Below the pieces are notes generated by a model. It did no database searches. It saw only the letters and a list, made by a program, of their open reading frames with translations, and was not told the DNA's origin. From Bigelowiella natans CCMP2755 (Eukaryota; Protista; Cercozoa), in the NCBI GenBank assembly GCA_000320545.1, contig ADNK01001700.1, positions 1 to 64,000 of the forward strand: a stretch of DNA of 64,000 bases, in the 5' to 3' direction. Position numbers and translations under genes: made by a program. Of this stretch, positions 28,621-42,629 are shown one piece after another (within the stretch, counting starts at the first letter, position 1; each line of letters starts with the position of its first letter).

Positions 28621-29288
28621 CCAATAGTTGTGCATTCGAAGTGTTTGCGGTAAGGTATTCTCCATCAAATAGTCTCTTGGCCGTATGCATTGCGAAGCAT
28701 ATAATTCTCTGCAGTCCTGCGGAAGACTATGCCCCTAAGGCCGCTGTGGCTACGGGTTTGCAGTGTGATATTGAGGGAGGGTTAGATTGGTCTGCTGACG
28801 GGAACTACATTCAATTCGTTGATTCTTCGGAAATGATCCATTTCTTCGCCATTGATCAAGCGCGACCAGCCCTCTCCCGCAAAGTCGAGGAAATAGCCAC
28901 CATGAAAAATATATCGTGGGCCTCTCGCACGTGCACAGCGACATGGTACCTGCAAGGAACCCGCTCGGAAACAGGGGATGGGAGCGACGTAAAGTCTGTT
29001 GATATCACGAAGGATTCGAAGTTGCTGCTAACAGGAGATCACCAGGGCAATGTTCATCTCTGCCGCTACCCGTGCATGGAGACGAAGAACTTCCGGCGTA
29101 CCGAATTTGCACACGGATGTGGGACGGTTAGGGTAAGGTGCTCGCCTCCCCTCATCAGTAAAGAGGCAGCAAAGAAGCTGAAGATAAATGCCATAGAAGA
29201 AGGGGGAGAAAGTAAAATTGACCAAACATTCGTGCTGTCGATTGGAGAAAAGGATAATACGATTATACAATGGAAGATTGTAAAATAG
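13548..29288 (+). CDS. Giant echinoderm microtubule-associated protein-like (EML) WD40 protein with four HELP/TAPE units, multi-exon
   Basis: N-terminal coiled coil. HELP motifs RVFGFE (degenerate), LKLEWAYGYN, LKPAWVYGYN and LEIDWVHGYN. TAPE-terminal motifs SLFRFPC..SLGGDGTVLLW, SIGRGRTMLQW, SLFRWPC..SLGGRDKAIVQW and LCRYPC..SIGEKDNTIIQW. The long ORFs are linked by short GT-AG introns; a single gene is assumed. Confidence 0.8.
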
Positions 29289-30319
29289 ATTGGGAAAACT
29301 GCGAGCGTAATGCAATGCTTTCTCCTGATATGATACGATGTTGATCACACACACACACACACACACGCACAATGTTCAATAGATAAGACCTTATCGAGTA
29401 ATAAATGCACAACTTGCTCCATAAACATCAGCCATGTTACTTTCTTTTGTGAAACTTATTTGTGCCCATCATAACAATGCACATGTAGACATTCTTCCAT
29501 CGTGAATGAATAACAAGCAGTGCCATGACACATGCACGTGTGCTATCACGTGTACGCTGAGATTTCTGACGCAAATTCCATGCCTACCACGCCTAACGTT
29601 TTGATTCGCGATCGACCAGAGCTACTACACTGTTAGCTAGTTAGACTCATAACTGTTGCAGGTTTGGCCACGATTTTTGGTTGCACAACGCGCACAATGT
29701 TTCTACACAAAAGGTGTATACGCTAATGCAACGTAACAGAGAATTAACAGTAACATGTACAAGGCACGGCATACGTACACATGCGCGACATGTGTTCCAT
29801 CGCCTTGCCTATCAGCTAGCTAGCCAAAGCGTCATGTATGATCGATGTAGTATGTGCGTGCGTACATGCTCATTTTTTTAGGCTATTATAATCTTGCCCT
29901 CTGCAACTTGAGCAAGATTTTGTTGCAAGTCACATGCATCATTCTAGCATTGTTATTGTGTCGCGCAGCAGCCTGTGTATTAGGATAAATGATAGCAGCA
30001 TAATGCATGTTTTGTGCACTGTTGGAATCCTCAAGCTACGGCGCTATCGATTTAATAGGACGACTCATACACACACATGTAAATATGCGGCTATGCTATG
30101 TTCACATTCATTACATATAGCGCACCTACGGACATAGCCTGACACAACAGCGTGATGGATTTGAGACGAATAACGTGGATCAGTATGTGATCGAGCTCTA
30201 GAACCCCTCTAAGATATATGATCGATAAAAGGTTGCAGTATTATAAGGCATGAAAAGCAGAACAACGAATTATCTTTATTCTATTTTAACACACTGTAAG
30301 AGAAATACATCAAAGCATG

Positions 30320-31065
30320 TCAAGTAATCTTTGAAAAAAAAAGATCTGATTAGAAACAGATTGAAATTTACTCCTCACCTATCGACGTGAATTTGCCGTC
30401 CTCCTCCCTGTTGACCTTGTGAAAGGTTGTCACTTCGGATGGATACAGAGGCCCATAGACATGTGGAAAGAGCAATTTCTCTGCAAAAGTAACACGAAGT
30501 TAGGTGACAAGGGTAAGAATACAGCTGCAACAAGCTGCCATAGGAGGGGCAGACCGACCTTTAGTGTGAGATTCTTTGTCGCCAACAGCAGCTGGAGATT
30601 CCCACCTAAAGTTGTAGAATAATAATAGAGCGGTAAGTATAAGTAAATTGATCGTAAATATTTGATATTTAGAATAGACTGATACTTCAGCGGAGATTTG
30701 AGCTTCTTCACGTCGATAGCGAGACAAATCCAATCCCTTTTCGATTCCCGATAAAAATGATTCGCTAACAAGGGAAGGAGGAGGAGGAAAATGGAGCAGA
30801 CTTTGAAAATTTGCAGACGGGAAGCACTCAATGAAATAGGTACAGACGATCTGTCATATTCTCTGATTTTCCCTTTTAAACACTTTTCAAAACACGAACC
30901 TATGCTTATGAGTGACTTTGGGTCATGAGTTGCATGTGTGAAACCATCTTGCTTATAAGTGGCTGGAAAATATGGTTCCTTCTCGCTCGCTTTTGTCCAT
31001 TCCTCCACTTCGATCAGGTGGTATATCGTAGTCGCGTCTGCATGTTGGTTGCACAGGCAATTCAT
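30320..31065 (-). CDS. DUF952 family protein, multi-exon (3' end approximate)
   Basis: IYHL..W....Y...DGFTHAT, ANHFY...WICLAID..KL...KY|E and FPHVYGPL motifs distributed over GT-AG-separated exons. Confidence 0.8.
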
Positions 31066-31156
31066 ACTGGGCCTTCTTCAATTTCTCATGTGTAGTGCAG
31101 AATAAGGCTACTATCAATCAATGATTGAATCAATCATCAGAGGTATATACTACTGT

Positions 31157-31197
<41 letters not shown>

Positions 31198-31507
31198 GCA
31201 CCTGTGGAATTGGCCATGATCGTACTACGGAGCTGCTGGGTGGTGTGTGGTAGAATAACAAGAAATTGAGGGCTGCAGCTTTATCTCATAGAACGAGGAA
31301 TAGGCCCGTTTTCGATAAAACGGCATCGATTTTGGATGTCGCAACCTTGAAATATACGCACAATGGCCTAGTTTTACGGGGAAATCATCATTTACGACAA
31401 GGCACTAATGTTATTATCCAAGAAATAGAAGAACAAGCACCCCCAGCTTGCCTTTTCGCCCCCCCCCCCAAAAGAAATGCCCCCATAGTCTGAACAATAG
31501 TGGCAAA

Positions 31508-32020
31508 ATGATGCAACACAGCTGGTCAAGAGGAAATTCTGCATTTGCCCTTGTCTTTATAGCATCATGGACTGCTGCTGTCGTCTTGTCGGCGTTCTTT
31601 TATCACCCCTGGCTGAACATTGATGGTGGAAAGGTGTGCTTAACCTACGGCCACTCGTTTTCTTACCCCTTTTTATTCTCCTTTATTGCCATCTGATGAT
31701 TTACTATGTTTTCCAGCTTCAATTTCCTGGATTTAACTGGATTCAAGCGTAAGTGAGTGACCATTTGCGCACGATGGAGGCTAATTAGGGGCTGGTTTTT
31801 TGCTTGCTTGCTGGCTATTACTACTTGATTTACAGGACAAACGCTGGAGGATACTCTCCACCACCGTGGAAATTTGAGGTCTTTTCGATCCAGCTTGATA
31901 TAATACAGAAGATTTTAATGGCACGAAGTCTCTGAGAGTCGTCGGTCGGGAATTATTCAATTTTTTTGGCTTTCTGCTTCTACTATTTAGTTCTGAGAAT
32001 ACCCTTTATTGAAACAATGG

Positions 32021-32054
<34 letters not shown>

Positions 32055-32559
32055 AATGATGATGATGATGATGATGATGATGACAGGGGCGAGCTATCTA
32101 CCAGCTTCATCCAGTTGATGTGGAAACTGCCAAGAAATACATCCCTTCAAACCTTAACATTGTTCAATTTGCGGGGTAATAGAGCGAGAAAGAGAGCGAG
32201 AGAGAGAGGGGGGGGGGGAAGGGGAAGCCGAAAATCTATGACGTAACCCATTGCGTTTAATTCATCGAAACATAATCAACTCATTGCATCCCTCTCTCTT
32301 CCTTCTCCCCCCCCTCCCTCCTCCATACCTACATCTCTTGAAAGATATACACTGGGAGGCTTTTACTTAGCTAACTACACAGACAGTCCTGCAAGGGGCA
32401 AGAAGCAATTTGGTGGGAAGATTTTATTGCCTGAATGAACGAAGAACCATGTTGCTTTGCATTGATCACTGTTGAACGTCATCACGTCTTTTGTCTTCCT
32501 GACTATTTTGCAATGGTTTCCCATTTTATGTTCTTTAGGCGAGCTTGTTGTTTGTGCGG

Positions 32560-32631
<72 letters not shown>

Positions 32632-32915
32632 TGGGGGATGAGGGTGGAGGGATGGAAGAAATTGGGGAGGGAGATAGAGAGAGAAAGATGGGGCCAAAAG
32701 AGCGCACATTTAGGCTTCTATCCATCATTTCCAATTTATAAGCAAGTAAAACTTCGTATTGGATTATTGTATATCATGTGATGGGAAACTAAATCTATAC
32801 ATACACGTACATAAACACAAGCATATTAATCAATCAATCATCACAAGGGATTAGTCTGGAATCCACCAACCTCATGTGCTTGGGCCTCACATATCTTCGT
32901 CGGAAGGTAGAAGTT

Positions 32916-32948
<33 letters not shown>

Positions 32949-32980
32949 TGTTGCTGTCGTAAGGAGTATACTAACAACCA

Positions 32981-33020
<40 letters not shown>

Positions 33021-34752
33021 CCTTAACAGGATCCCGTTTTCTGAAATGTACAAACCGTTCACTACTTGTTCATAATTCTTGTTTTCGCAGCAAATCAGCC
33101 AAAGTCCACGGGGAAAGGGAGGTGATTCTAGTGGTTTGATAGTTTATTGTCAATCGTTGTAAGTCTTCATGAATCAAACATCAATTATTTTGTCTGCTGT
33201 GTTGAGGTTGCTATTTGCATGAGAAATGACTCAAATTTTTGTTGTCATGATTTTATGAGGTGGGACTTCCGGAATACATGGCTGATTTCAATGTAGTAGC
33301 CATAGTATATTCGTTTTATCATCAATTTTGCCCCTCCTCCTACTCTTATCTTTCTCATAATTTTTCTGAGCAAGGGGTTGTTTGTTTGTTTGTTTGTTGT
33401 TATCTTGATTCTTCTTGCATGCATGCATTCATTCATGATGCAGATGGATGATCGGCGACCTGGGCTTAGACGAAGCTGGACACAGTTCTGGAAGTCCAAG
33501 ACAAGTAGTAGACCAGAATTATCAGTGATTTCCGGGTAAGAGAGAGCGGCATGCGATGCCACTCAGCTACGTATATGGTGATGAGAATGATTATGATGAT
33601 GATAATGATGATGATGATAAATAGCTGCTGCTGCTGCTACTTACGAGTAAGGAAGGAGGGGAGAAGTAATATCAGCTCCACGACACCATTCTGCCTTCTA
33701 ATTTCGAGTTTTGTGCACGAATGGATAACGTTAAAGCGCAACCCTCTATGATATGAACGACGAGAGACTTTCAAAAGAAATGTGTAATTTGACTAGTTTT
33801 TGATGTTGCCTGAGCTGCTGATAATGAGGTGTCCAGTCTGCTCTTCGATCATGTCAATATTTGCTACTAAACAATGCCCCACATGGATTCTTTCTTCCTC
33901 CTGTTGGAATAATAATGATGACAATAGTGATAACAATAATAATAATAATAGTAATACTAATAATAATTGCATCAGGGGCTCTGAAATGATGAAGGTAGCA
34001 ATACCAGAAGAACGCCGTGGATGGAGGGCAGGTTTCCCCATAGCCATGCGCCTCCCATCGTTTTCCGGATATAATAAGTAAGAAAACAATGTTTGTCGCA
34101 TCACAAATGATTGTTAGTTGAACTTCATGACAAAAGACAACATATCATCCTCCTTCTCCTCCTCCTGCTGCTGCTGCCACTAATCTACAAAAGCTTTCCC
34201 AAATGACCGTGATTAGATGAAATAATTTTAACAACAATGCACAACATTGCACTTATTGTTGAGAAGATTGAGCAAAAACTCAATCTGTCGTGCGGTTTTC
34301 ATTCAGATATGAGAAGAATCTTCTGACATATTCTCTGGATTTGAAATCGAGACTCTCACTCATTGTTCCCGGTTGTGAGGTGCGGATCCATCTTCCTTTC
34401 AGTTTGACAAAAGAAGCAGCATTGAGAACAACATAGTAGGCAAATCAACGAGGAGGGGTGTGCTCAAATTTGCCAATACATAGCATTGGCTGTTTGCTGT
34501 GTTTTGTTTAAGCAAAGCATGTTATAAAAGGCATCGTATGCATTGTGACCATCGCCATTTATATTACTTTGACACTTGCTCATCATTAGGTTCAGGTACC
34601 GAAGAAGTCCCCCCTTCATGAGCTTCTGCGCCGTAGGCCGCTCATATCTCTTTGTTTTGAAAAGCTGAGAATGGATGTTGAGGCGCCGACAAAGTATGAT
34701 CCCGCACTTACTTTCAAGAATGTGCCGTTTAAGTTCCTTCAGAAACAGCCTC

Positions 34753-34790
<38 letters not shown>

Positions 34791-34826
34791 CAAGAACAAC
34801 AGCCTAAGGGGTCATTATCAACCTAG
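31508..34826 (+). CDS. NXD1: NEOXANTHIN-DEFICIENT 1-like protein (acetoacetate-decarboxylase-like fold) with N-terminal signal peptide
   Basis: Spliced exons read GYSPPPWKFE|GRAIYQLHPVDVETAKKYIP..VQFAG, then YTLGGFYLANYTDSPA..F|GELVVCA|GLVWNPPTSCAWASHIFV, VGLP, MRLPSFSG, NLLTYS and PLISLCFEKLRMDV. This matches plant NXD1 motifs as I recall them. Confidence 0.8.
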
Positions 34827-35392
34827 CGAATGATCGCGAGTAGTAGCGATGATAGCCAATATGCAATAAATTAGCATGGCAGCATACGTATGTACTAGCG
34901 TATGAGTATCGTACCGAGACTTTATATATACGACGGATGACGGAGAAAATCTATAGCACACATGCACTGTATGTAAGTCAAATAATGATTTCATGCAATA
35001 AGCTCACGTACGTACGTACCATTGTTACCTCAGGACTATATGCACAGCATAAGGATGATGATGATATCTAGTAGGCACATGATAGCAGCGGGGCAATTTT
35101 GATGCAGCATGCTAGCATGATGCGGCTACGCTAGTACGTACGAATAATGAGTAGAATTAGAGAAAGAACATGCGGTGTATGCATATTAGAATTCATGTGT
35201 ACGAATTTGCATGCTCTACGTGTACATCTTCATGCGTCCATAATGTCCTTAAGCATGCATATTCTAGCTAGCGCAGAGCTCACACATTATACACACAGCG
35301 TAGTGCAAGCGCATATCTTGCATATATATGCTCCCGCGCATGACGACGTACTGCCATGCTATCCGCAAAATCAGATTATCAAGTTTCATCGA

Positions 35393-35884
35393 TTACGGCG
35401 ACTCTCTTTCCCCAGCAATCTGTTGCATGGCCATTGTGCCATTGGAGAACGGATAGCATGCCATTACTTTCTCCGCAAGAAGCCTAGCCTCTAAGCTGCG
35501 GCCACAGCTCTTGATTATACCCCGGCAAAGCTTGAAAGCACTTTGCTTACTAATGAAATCTTTGAGGTCCTCCTCTTGGTAAATGTTGCCCTCGTGAGCT
35601 CCTTTTATGGCATCAAACGCAAACTGGAGTCCGTATAATTTGCAGATCTTTTTATCGTAGGAGAGAGTCTCTATGTCGCCGATGCTGGTCATTTTGAGCC
35701 TGAATCATCGATATTTGATTGAGATTGTGATGGTCATTCGAGGATGCTCGTCGTCGTCGTCACTTACGCGTGTACACACATTAGTTTCTTAAATGAGTAA
35801 GAATACCTAAAGGAACGGTAGCACAACCACCACCACTACTACCACCACCACCACAAGTGCGAAATAATAAATTAAGTACGAAAT

Positions 35885-35920
<36 letters not shown>

Positions 35921-37787
35921 AAAGTTGTAGTAGTGCGTATAGAAGAGAGCATGACCAGTCGGGAAGGAGCTCTCTAAATGGAAACGACTGGAGATTGTGC
36001 ATCCTTTCAAGCTGAAGCATCAAATGAACGGAGAGCGAGCGCGGTCCTTGCTGCATTCGCTCCATGATGCCTCTGATAATGACGGCATACTGGCTATCCG
36101 AGAACGTGCGTGATGGAAGGATGCGGTGTATGATGGCACCACAAAATTGTCGGGGCAGATACTGATGCAAGGAAGGCTCATAGCCTATGAAGTTATCCAG
36201 CAATATCTTCAAAGATAGAAACGTTGACCGTCGTACGCGAGGAGGTCTTTGTGCAGCTACGGCATCATCATTGTCGCTCAGTGCTATTACTTGAAAGTTT
36301 GACTTGCTTGTAGAGATGGTGGTGGTCATCATACAGTCTCCTTCTTCTCGGTCTTCTTCGTCTTCTTCATCATCGTAATTGCACTTAACGTCGTTGTCGT
36401 TATCGTCGTCGTCGTATGGCTCATTCTTACTCCTCCTTTTTGTATTCTTCTTCTTTTCCTTTTTCTTAGTAGTAGTCCCTCGTTTCCTCTTCTTCTTCTT
36501 CTTTTGGGTGCTGGTATCTTGATCTTGTCCTTGTCCTTGTTCTTGTTCTTCTTCTTCTTGTTCTTCTTCTTCGTCAAGTGTCAACCTAGTCACGGCCGTC
36601 CTCTTCCTTTTACTTCTTCGCTCAGCCTTAATAATTCCTACTACTAAACCTACATTCTTTTTGTGCTCATCAGACGTAGTTTTCGTCGTCGTAGTAGTAT
36701 CCTCCTCATTCCATAATCTTAGTTCTATTGGCTTCGTAGCGCGTATGGGTAGATCATAGTGTGTGCCCAGGACTCCATCAACGCTGCAAACGGTGCGTGC
36801 TCCTCTAACCTGATCAACACGTATTGGTAGTGTCATCATTATCATCATCACGACGACAGACATAATAACACACCATCCCATTTTTTTCTATAATCATTTA
36901 GTTTGAATTCTTTAGGGTGGATGGAGGAGAAGGAGGAGGAGGAGGAGAAGGAGGACTGTTATCACCTTCTTAACCGTTCCCGATCTCCATTCATTCTCAA
37001 ATCTAGCCCAAATCTGTTGTCCTATGCTATATTCTTCCCTGATTAGAATGGGACGACGCATGGTGATGATGATGATGATGATGATGATGATGTGTTTGAA
37101 GAGTAAGAACGATTATTTGAGTAGTGTGTGCATTGCTTACTCAGGGATATATGTCCATAGTTTCTTCTGCTGCTGCTGCTGCTGTGCCCCCTCTCCATCA
37201 AACTTCTCCCAGTATGATGTGTCGCACCGGAGAGTAGGCTTTATCTTCAACTCGTATTTACCGATTCTAATGGTGTCGTTTTTAGATATCCCCACGTTGG
37301 TGTGACGGCTGATAAGCTTTCCATTGACAAATGTGTCTCCCGAGCTTTTAAGCCAAATCTGACAGCAGCAGGCATCCAATGTAACATCCAATGTATATAT
37401 GTATGCCTCCATCCCTTTAGCAGTAGTAAGTACCACACACACCTACCTACCTTTTGCTGACAGTCAACTCTGACCTCACAATGAATATGCAACACAAGGG
37501 GATCATCGTGACAGATCACATCACAACTGGCTCCGCTGGGGTATAAGTACAAAGCCATTATCAGTAAGACTCGAGAGAATTTGTGGTGATACAAGAAAAG
37601 GTACTACTACCATCCGATGAGCCAGACGTGCTTGCATATCGTAAAAGTCAGGCCATTTACCAGCAAATCTGCAACACTTGGATAGATCTTCATCATTTTA
37701 GACGTCATCGTCAATTTTTTTTCCTGAGAAGAACTTCTTCTTTTTTCATCATCATCATCCGTGCAGTTGTCAGATGGTTCTAGCGAG

Positions 37788-37819
<32 letters not shown>

Positions 37820-39066
37820 GCCTAATGGCGGCCCAGAGGAGGCTACTACTATTGGTAGTGGAGGTATGGAGATAATCATGTTTGCTGCTACGACTGCTTT
37901 GGTGGACTCTAATGATGGTGATGATGATGATAATGATGATGGTGGCTTTAGAATAGGCGAAGTAATAAGACGACTAGAATCGGAAAAAACATCCAAGGAA
38001 GAAATGGACGATGATTTAGGAACTGCACCATCGCTCTTTGAGGGATGATTCAATCTTTGGTACTTAACAGCCTGTGAGGTGTTTCCCATCGTCGGACTGA
38101 GAAAATTAGTCTTTTCAATATCGCGGTTAACAACTACCGCAGTCTCTGAAGTGGTAGTTCCTCGCTCCTTCTTAATTTTGCCTAAGTTTGTGTTTTGCTC
38201 CGTGTTGACACTGAATGGTACTTTGCTGTCTCGGAACTCACAGACGACGTCGTCATGCCTACACTCTTCTGTCTGCTCTTGAACGACCGTGATCTTCCCC
38301 CTCTGCTCCTCAGTGGTAGTATCATCATTAAGATGGTCTATAATGGGAAGAACCTGCTTTTCAGGATGATTCCTCGAAGATCGTCGTGCACATGAGAGCA
38401 TCTCGACAACAACTTTGCTGTCGTTTGTCCTTCTATCACGTATTGGGTCATAATTTTCCTTGTCGTTTGCCCCAATCCTTTGAGGATGAATTTGAGCAGG
38501 GCTCGAGGTTTGAAGGTCGTGTATTTTGTATGGATACTGATCGTAGCTGTGGTAGCTATTTTTGCAATTTTGTTGCATAATCGCAAATTTCCTCATATTT
38601 TGTGAGGTTTCATTGCACGGGGCTTTGGCCATAGCAACATCTTTGGGTTGAGACTGCACCGAAAACCGTGACAAATAGTCGGGTGTTTTTCTGTCCTCAA
38701 TATGGGCTGGATGGAAACCATTGTCCACTGACTCGTGACTTCTTCCAAATCTGCGGTTGGAGAATCCACCTTTGAATACTTCGGGAGTCTTCATTGACAG
38801 GGCCCTGCGAGTTAACACGATAGTAAACATTTAGCACTTTACCACACACTGGTGACAATGATAACCGACCTTGCAACACGGTCCAGACATTCATTATGAC
38901 TCTCATGTTTCGCAGCCACTGCTTCTATTGGTGTTGAACTTTCAGAGTATTGTTTAATTTTTTTCTTTGGTTGGGACGGCAGAGTCTCATCATCATCAAT
39001 GGTAAGGTCGACTACGATACGTTCCTTCTTCGCCGAAGGTGCAATCGAGCCTGAGACGGTCGCCAT
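35393..39066 (-). CDS. FHA-domain-containing protein with low-complexity regions, multi-exon
   Basis: VWLIG|..CDVICHDDPLVLHIHCEV..|IWLKSSGDTFVNGKLI...ISKNDTIRIGKYEL resembles an FHA domain. Basic NLS-like runs and a SIM-like IVVDLTIDDD near the N-terminus. Ends approximate. Confidence 0.65.
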
Positions 39067-39241
39067 TTTGAATTCAAAATGTGGGCAGAAGTCATGTGAT
39101 TTTTGCATGACGACAACTATTTCTCAGGTTAAAACCTTAGAAACAGAGTTAGCATTGTTATTCTTCCGCCAAAGGGTATCGAGTTTTGCTAGGGAGAGTC
39201 TCCGGGAAGTCTCTAGAAAGTATTCTTCATCGTAGTCAACC

Positions 39242-40124
39242 ATGTCGCCTTTAAAAAATCTAAAATTCTTGTACTACTCGTATTAAACAATTATTAGCAT
39301 AAAACTGGTTGTCGTCTGTTGAAAAACCACTTGCTTTTTTTATCCGCCAACCGCCCCATAAATGCTTGCTTACTAATTTCGCCAACAGACGAGGGAGGAG
39401 GAAGAGGAAACAGGGAAACAACAAATTTGAATTACTCCGAGAGCCTCGGCGATTTCCAAACGGGCCAGCATGGTCATGGTAGCTTCCTATTTCTGGATGC
39501 TACTTATCAGACTAGCCCTTGCGTCGTGGCTGGTAAGCCACTTTCAATTGCACAGTGTCGAATGGATCATCCACATTATTTACACAAATATATGATGTAC
39601 ATTTCGCGTATGGAAATGCATGTTTGCCGTATTGCTTGCAGTCTCCACCTCCACCACCATCACCAGCACCACCACCACTTGACATCATACACGTAATTAT
39701 TAACTATCACCAGGGCTCTTAGCTGCTTATCAACTGGTTTACCGAGCTACGAACAAAAAAAAGATAAAAGCACTTCAAATAGTTCTTGCGTCTTCAACAA
39801 CAGGAGCAGTGTTTTCGTGCATCTTTCCATTCTCTGGGTAGCAAATTCTTAGAAAAATGATGACATTAGGAACGAATTCCAGCTAGCCACCATTCTAAAT
39901 CCCACTATTCGTAAGATTGGGGAAATGGATTGTCTTTGTTTCTGCTTCTAATATCCCCCCACCATTCGATGTGTGTGTGTGTTTTCAACACGTCAGATTG
40001 GTGTTTTTGCAATTATTTGAATACTCAAAGTATGTATACAACTGACTGACATAATTTGAATATTCTACCCGCAGCTGGAAAGCCATAGTGGTCGCCAGCT
40101 CAATACACTATGTAAAAAAATCAT

Positions 40125-40195
<71 letters not shown>

Positions 40196-41320
40196 ATTGG
40201 GGGGGGGATAAAATGTAAAGAGACGAGCAGAGTAGTTAATTTATTGAGTTGTGTGAGTCGCACGGTCATGCATGTTTGTGTGCGTGTGCATGCGCGTGTG
40301 TGCATGTGTTGACTGTGTAAAACCATGCCGAGATTGTGATACAATAACTGGATATTGACTCTTAGATAGATACATTTGATATTAAGAAGAGGACACAATG
40401 TAGAATAATCAGTATGCTTTAATATCACAAACCAACTGAGACCCTGCTGCTGCTGCTGCTGCTGTGTCAAAATATTATTATTCTAAAGGGCTTGCAGGTG
40501 CTTTTTATCGGTTACATGAGCTGGGTTATCGCTACTGGTAACAATTTAAGCAGTAGTGCACAATTACAACAACAACAACAACAACAACAGCAGCAGACAT
40601 TTCAATTGGCTTTTCCACGCTGCTACCTACCAGAAGCACAGCAATAATTATTATATTTTTGTGGACAAAAACCATCATCATGTGCCAGATATTATATCTC
40701 CTTAACAATAGCTACTTCTATGTGTGAAGTTGGTTATTCTCAAGCGTGACCAAATACACTCACATAATACGATATTATAAAGGATTTTACGGCTCATCAA
40801 AGCAAGTTCCTCTAATACATACTGCCGTATTTTACGGTACAAATCGATAGATACTGTGTCGTGCATGTAAATCAAAGGGAAATGTGTCAAAAGCACCCCA
40901 TCATAGACAGTATGAAATGAAAATATGATGCATGCATGCACACATCTTCTTGCGCTACTACGGTCCCAACAACTGTTATCCTTTCATTCTGTTTTTGCAT
41001 CTTCGTCATGCATTATTCCTATTTCTCTGACATCTTATTATGACTGTAACATAAGCTGGATTTTTTCTTGCAAGCTTGACTTTTCACAAAATACTGGGAG
41101 ATACATGATCTTTCTGCGTACTGATTCAGTCTTAGAGTTGGAGATACATGATCTCTATGCGTACTGATTCAGTCTTAGAGTTGTATAACTTATAATTGCG
41201 TTTTATGGTTTATTCCTCTCTGAATTGGGCTGTTGATATCGTAGTGTGCGTCGGGCTGACATTGCTCTGCAACCTGGTACCGTGTATTCTCGTCGTCTTA
41301 CCCATGATTCATTAGGATTC

Positions 41321-41360
<40 letters not shown>

Positions 41361-41787
41361 TGGCTATACATAAAGGCATGCATCTTGTGAAAAGTGCAGG
41401 TAAGAATTTGTACCAAAATACATCATATGGAGAACGAACAACGTATGGTCAACTGTTGATATCTGACAGTGTTTCTGTTGTGAGGAGATAGAGAATAGGT
41501 TGTATGCAAGAATACAAGAAAGGGCTAATGATTACACCTACTCCTTTCACAGACGACCACCATTCTGTTGTTGGTTTCGAACAAGCCTCAATACAATGCA
41601 CTTAGGATAGGAGGAATGGTGAGTGTTTGTACATATTGCATTATACTACTACTACTACTACTACTACAACTACTACTAGATATTGCATTATAATTGCTAG
41701 TTGTACACCGGGGAAGGAATAACCACACAAGAGGGTTATGTGGCCACCATTTGTTCCACCGGACAATGATCTTATGTATTGCATATA

Positions 41788-41827
<40 letters not shown>

Positions 41828-42499
41828 TGTGTGTGTGTTGGTATAATGAAATCTTCTCACCTCCCCATACCTTCTAAAGCAAATGTTTCCTTTCTCTTCT
41901 CGACCAACAAACTCTTGGCTTGTAGTATCATCATCATCATCATCATCATCATCATTATCATCATTTTGCTGTGCTACAGCTATCTTTGCATGTATATGAT
42001 GCTCTACTATATCAAATTCTTGTAATCATTATTGTGTTTTCTCAAAGTTCTTCTTCCCCATTAAATATAGATCATGTTCATGTCCGTATTCTTGCTTTAC
42101 TTGGTCTTTTTCCTTCATCGCCATAGGTTCAGCAAACAATGCCCACTTATAGCCATTGCTTTATTTAAATTTGCAAAATACCAAAATCAAGTATGAGAAT
42201 TCGTATTTGAATTAGTTGTTTATTTGTGTACGTCTTGCAGAATAAGATTCATAAACTCGCAAAAGAGCCTCAAAGGATGCCGGAGAAAGTCTGTTAAAAT
42301 ATCGAAAATAGGGGGAAAGTAGGGGGAGGGGGGACATTAGTCTTTGCTATTTGTTTTGAAAGATAATGATCTCTTACTATCTCCATAAATGAATTGCACA
42401 ACTCTTTGAGTCGTTTGATCGGCCCTTTTTTCCAACTTCAATACCGACGTGTTGATCTGCATCATACCGATATACTGTCTTAGACATGAATACTATAAG

Positions 42500-42539
<40 letters not shown>

Positions 42540-42585
42540 AATATATAATAAATATATATATTTGTGTGTGTGTGTGTGTGTGTGT

Positions 42586-42629
<44 letters not shown>

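Noticed and set aside
41097-41182. Tandem 43-mer as a CRISPR-like or C/D snoRNA element
   Set aside because: Only two abutting copies with no spacer and no proper C box (RTGATGA); a simple intronic duplication.
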